Program-made: the position numbers and the translations under genes | Origin: Auanema rhodensis | Lineage: Eukaryota; Animalia; Nematoda | DNA: 64,000 nucleotides | Assembly: GCA_964057225.1 (NCBI GenBank) | Contig: OZ059899.1 | Span: 4,402,001 to 4,466,000, forward strand | Reading direction: 5' to 3' | The notes under the pieces: model-generated | What the model was told of the DNA's origin: nothing | The model's input: the letters and a program-made list of their open reading frames with translations, nothing else | Database searches by the model: none | Part shown: piece after piece, positions 61,601 through 64,000 of the stretch | How the letters are laid out: every line of letters starts with the position of its first letter | How positions within the stretch are numbered: position 1 is the first letter of the stretch

Positions 61601-64000
61601 TTTTCACCCTGAAGAATTAATTTTTTCGTTGAATAACATTGTCCATCGTCTTTGCCTTGAAAAAAGAAATCTAAAAACATCTACTTTTTGCTAAATTATT
61701 TTGAAATTTTCCGAAAAAATTTTTGTCAAAATGTTTTTGGAAGCAATGTTGAGTGTACATGGAAACTCAACATACACTAATGCATCATTTTTCAAACGAT
61801 CATAACTGATTTTTGTATTAAGCGTTTCTCAATGTAGTATAGTGCATTCGATGCGGATTTTTAAGCTGCGTCGATCCGTGTTATCAGATTTGCTCTAGCT
61901 TAAAAATGCACCGAGATATCAACTGATATAAGTTCACACTTACATTCTCGATTTTCACCCTGAAGAATCAATTTTTTCGTGTAATAACATTGTCCATCGT
62001 CTTTGCCTTGAAAAAAGGAATCTAAAAACATCTACTTTTTGCTAAATTATTTTGAAATTTTCCGAAAAAATTTTTGTCAAAATGTTTTTGGAAGCAATGT
62101 GGAGTGTACATGGAAACTCAACATACACTAATGCATCATTTTTCAAACGATCATAACTGATTTTTGTATTAAGAGTTTCTCAATGTAGTATAGTGCATTC
62201 GATGCGGATTTTTAAGCTGCGTCGATCTGTGTTATCAGATTTGCGCTAGCTTAAAAATGCACCGAGATATCAACTGATATAAATTCACACATATATCCTC
62301 GATTTTCACCCTGAAGAATTAATTTTTTCGTTGAATAACATTGTCCATCGTCTTTGCCTTGAAAAAAGAAATCTAAAAACATCTACTTTTTGCTAAATTA
62401 TTTTGAAATTTTCCGAAAAAATTTTTGTCAAAATGTTTTTGGAAGCAATGTTGAGTGTACGTGGAAACTCAACATACACTAATGCATCATTTTTCAAACG
62501 ATCATAACTGATTTTTGTATTAAGCGTTTCTCAATGTAGTATAGTGCATTCGATGCGGATTTTCAAGCTGCGTCGATCTGTGTTATCAGATTTGCGCTAG
62601 CTTAAAAATGCACCGAGATATCAACTGATATAAGTTCACACTTACATTCTCGATTTTCACCCTGAAGAATGAATTTTTTCGTTGAATAACATTGTCCATC
62701 GTCTTTGCCTTGAAAAAAGGAATCTAAAAACATCTACTTTTTGCTAAATTATTTTGAAATTTTTCGAAAAAATTTTTGTCAAAATGTTTTTGGAAGCAAT
62801 GTTGAGTGTACATGGAAACTCAACATACACTAATGCATCATTTTTCAAACGATCATAACTGATTTTTGTATTAAGCGTTTCTCAATGTAGTATAGTGCAT
62901 TCGATGCGGATTTTCAAGCTGCGTCGATCTGTGTTATCAGATTTGCGCTAGCTTAAAAATGCACCGAGATATCAACTGATATAAGTTCACACTTGTATCC
63001 TCGATTTTCACCCTGAAGAATTAATTTTTTCGTTGAATAACATTGTCCATCGTCTTTGCCTTGAAAAAAGAAATCTAAAAACATCTACTTTTTGCTAAAT
63101 TATTTTGAAATTTTCCGAAAAAATTTTTGTCAAAATGTTTTTGGAAGCAATGTTGAGTGTACATGGAAACTCAACATACACTAATGCATCATTTTTCAAA
63201 CGATCATAACTGATTTTTGTATTAAGAGTTTCTCAATGTAGTATAGTGCATTCGATGCGGATTTTTAAGCTGCGTCGATCTGTGTTATCAGATTTGCGCT
63301 AGCTTAAAAATGCACCGAGATATCAACTGATATAAATTCACACATATATCCTCGATTTTCACCCTGAAGAATTAATTTTTTCGTTGAATAACATTGTCCA
63401 TCGTCTTTGCCTTGAAAAAAGAAATCTAAAAACATCTACTTTTTGCTAAATTATTTTGAAATTTTCCGAAAAAATTTTTGTCAAAATGTTTTTGGAAGCA
63501 ATGTTGAGTGTACATGGAAACTCAACATACACTAATGCATCATTTTTCAAACGATCATAACTGATTTTTGTATTAAGCGTTTCTCAATGTAGTATAGTGC
63601 ATTCGATGCGGATTTTCAAGCTGCGTCGATCTGTGTTATCAGATTTGCGCTAGCTTAAAAATGCACCGAGATATCAACTGATATAAATTCACACATATAT
63701 CCTCGATTTTCACCCTGAAGAATTAATTTTTTCGTTGAATAACATTGTCCATCGTCTTTGCCTTGAAAAAAGAAATCTAAAAACATCTACTTTTTGCTAA
63801 ATTATTTTGAAATTTTCCGAAAAAATTTTTGTCAAAATGTTTTTGGAAGCAATGTTGAGTGTACATGGAAACTCAACATACACTAATGCATCATTTTTCA
63901 AACGATCATAACTGATTTTTGTATTAAGCGTTTCTCAATGTAGTATAGTGCATTCGATGCGGATTTTTAAGCTGCGTCGATCCGTGTTATCAGATTTGCG
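10643..64000. repeat. 351 bp AT-rich satellite DNA array, ~152 head-to-tail monomers (runs off the right edge)
   Basis: CAGATTTGCG recurs at 10643, 10994, 11345 ... 63991; (63991-10643)/351 = 152.0. Monomers differ at only a handful of recurrent sites, and no inversions or insertions were seen. Confidence 0.99.

Noticed and set aside
10643-64000. Satellite as an array of a known RNA gene (5S, SL1, snRNA, tRNA) or telomeric repeat
   Set aside because: No SL1 leader, 5S sequence, A/B boxes or TTAGGC repeats were recognised on either strand; an Infernal/Rfam scan would be the definitive test.

Overview
This is AT-rich eukaryotic heterochromatin-like DNA, most likely from a nematode, in four blocks. 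(1) 1-1648: tandem array of 247-248 bp units, each carrying one minus-strand tRNA-Ala(TGC) gene (7 copies, 2 mutated). (2) 1649-~6043: the 3' half of a minus-strand BEL/Pao (Belpaoviridae) LTR retroelement, inserted 74 bp upstream of the last tRNA gene. It has a 300 bp 3' LTR, a PPT, a Cys/His accessory ORF, and an integrase fused to a phlebovirus-Gc-like (class II) envelope. (3) ~6044-10642: fused head-to-head with block 2, a plus-strand fragment of a different retroelement. Its Ty3/gypsy-type capsid (one 1-nt frameshift) runs in frame directly into a signal peptide and a herpes-gB/chuvirus-like (class III) glycoprotein, with no pol in between. The glycoprotein carries a ~430 aa insert bounded by two furin-type sites. 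(4) 10643-64000: about 152 copies of a palindrome-rich 351 bp satellite with local higher-order repeats, which truncates the second element and supplies its stop codon. The most notable features are the gag-env gene order with a class III fusogen and the juxtaposition of two endogenous viruses with different fusogen classes between two tandem arrays. Family assignments come from motif recognition by eye, not from database searches.
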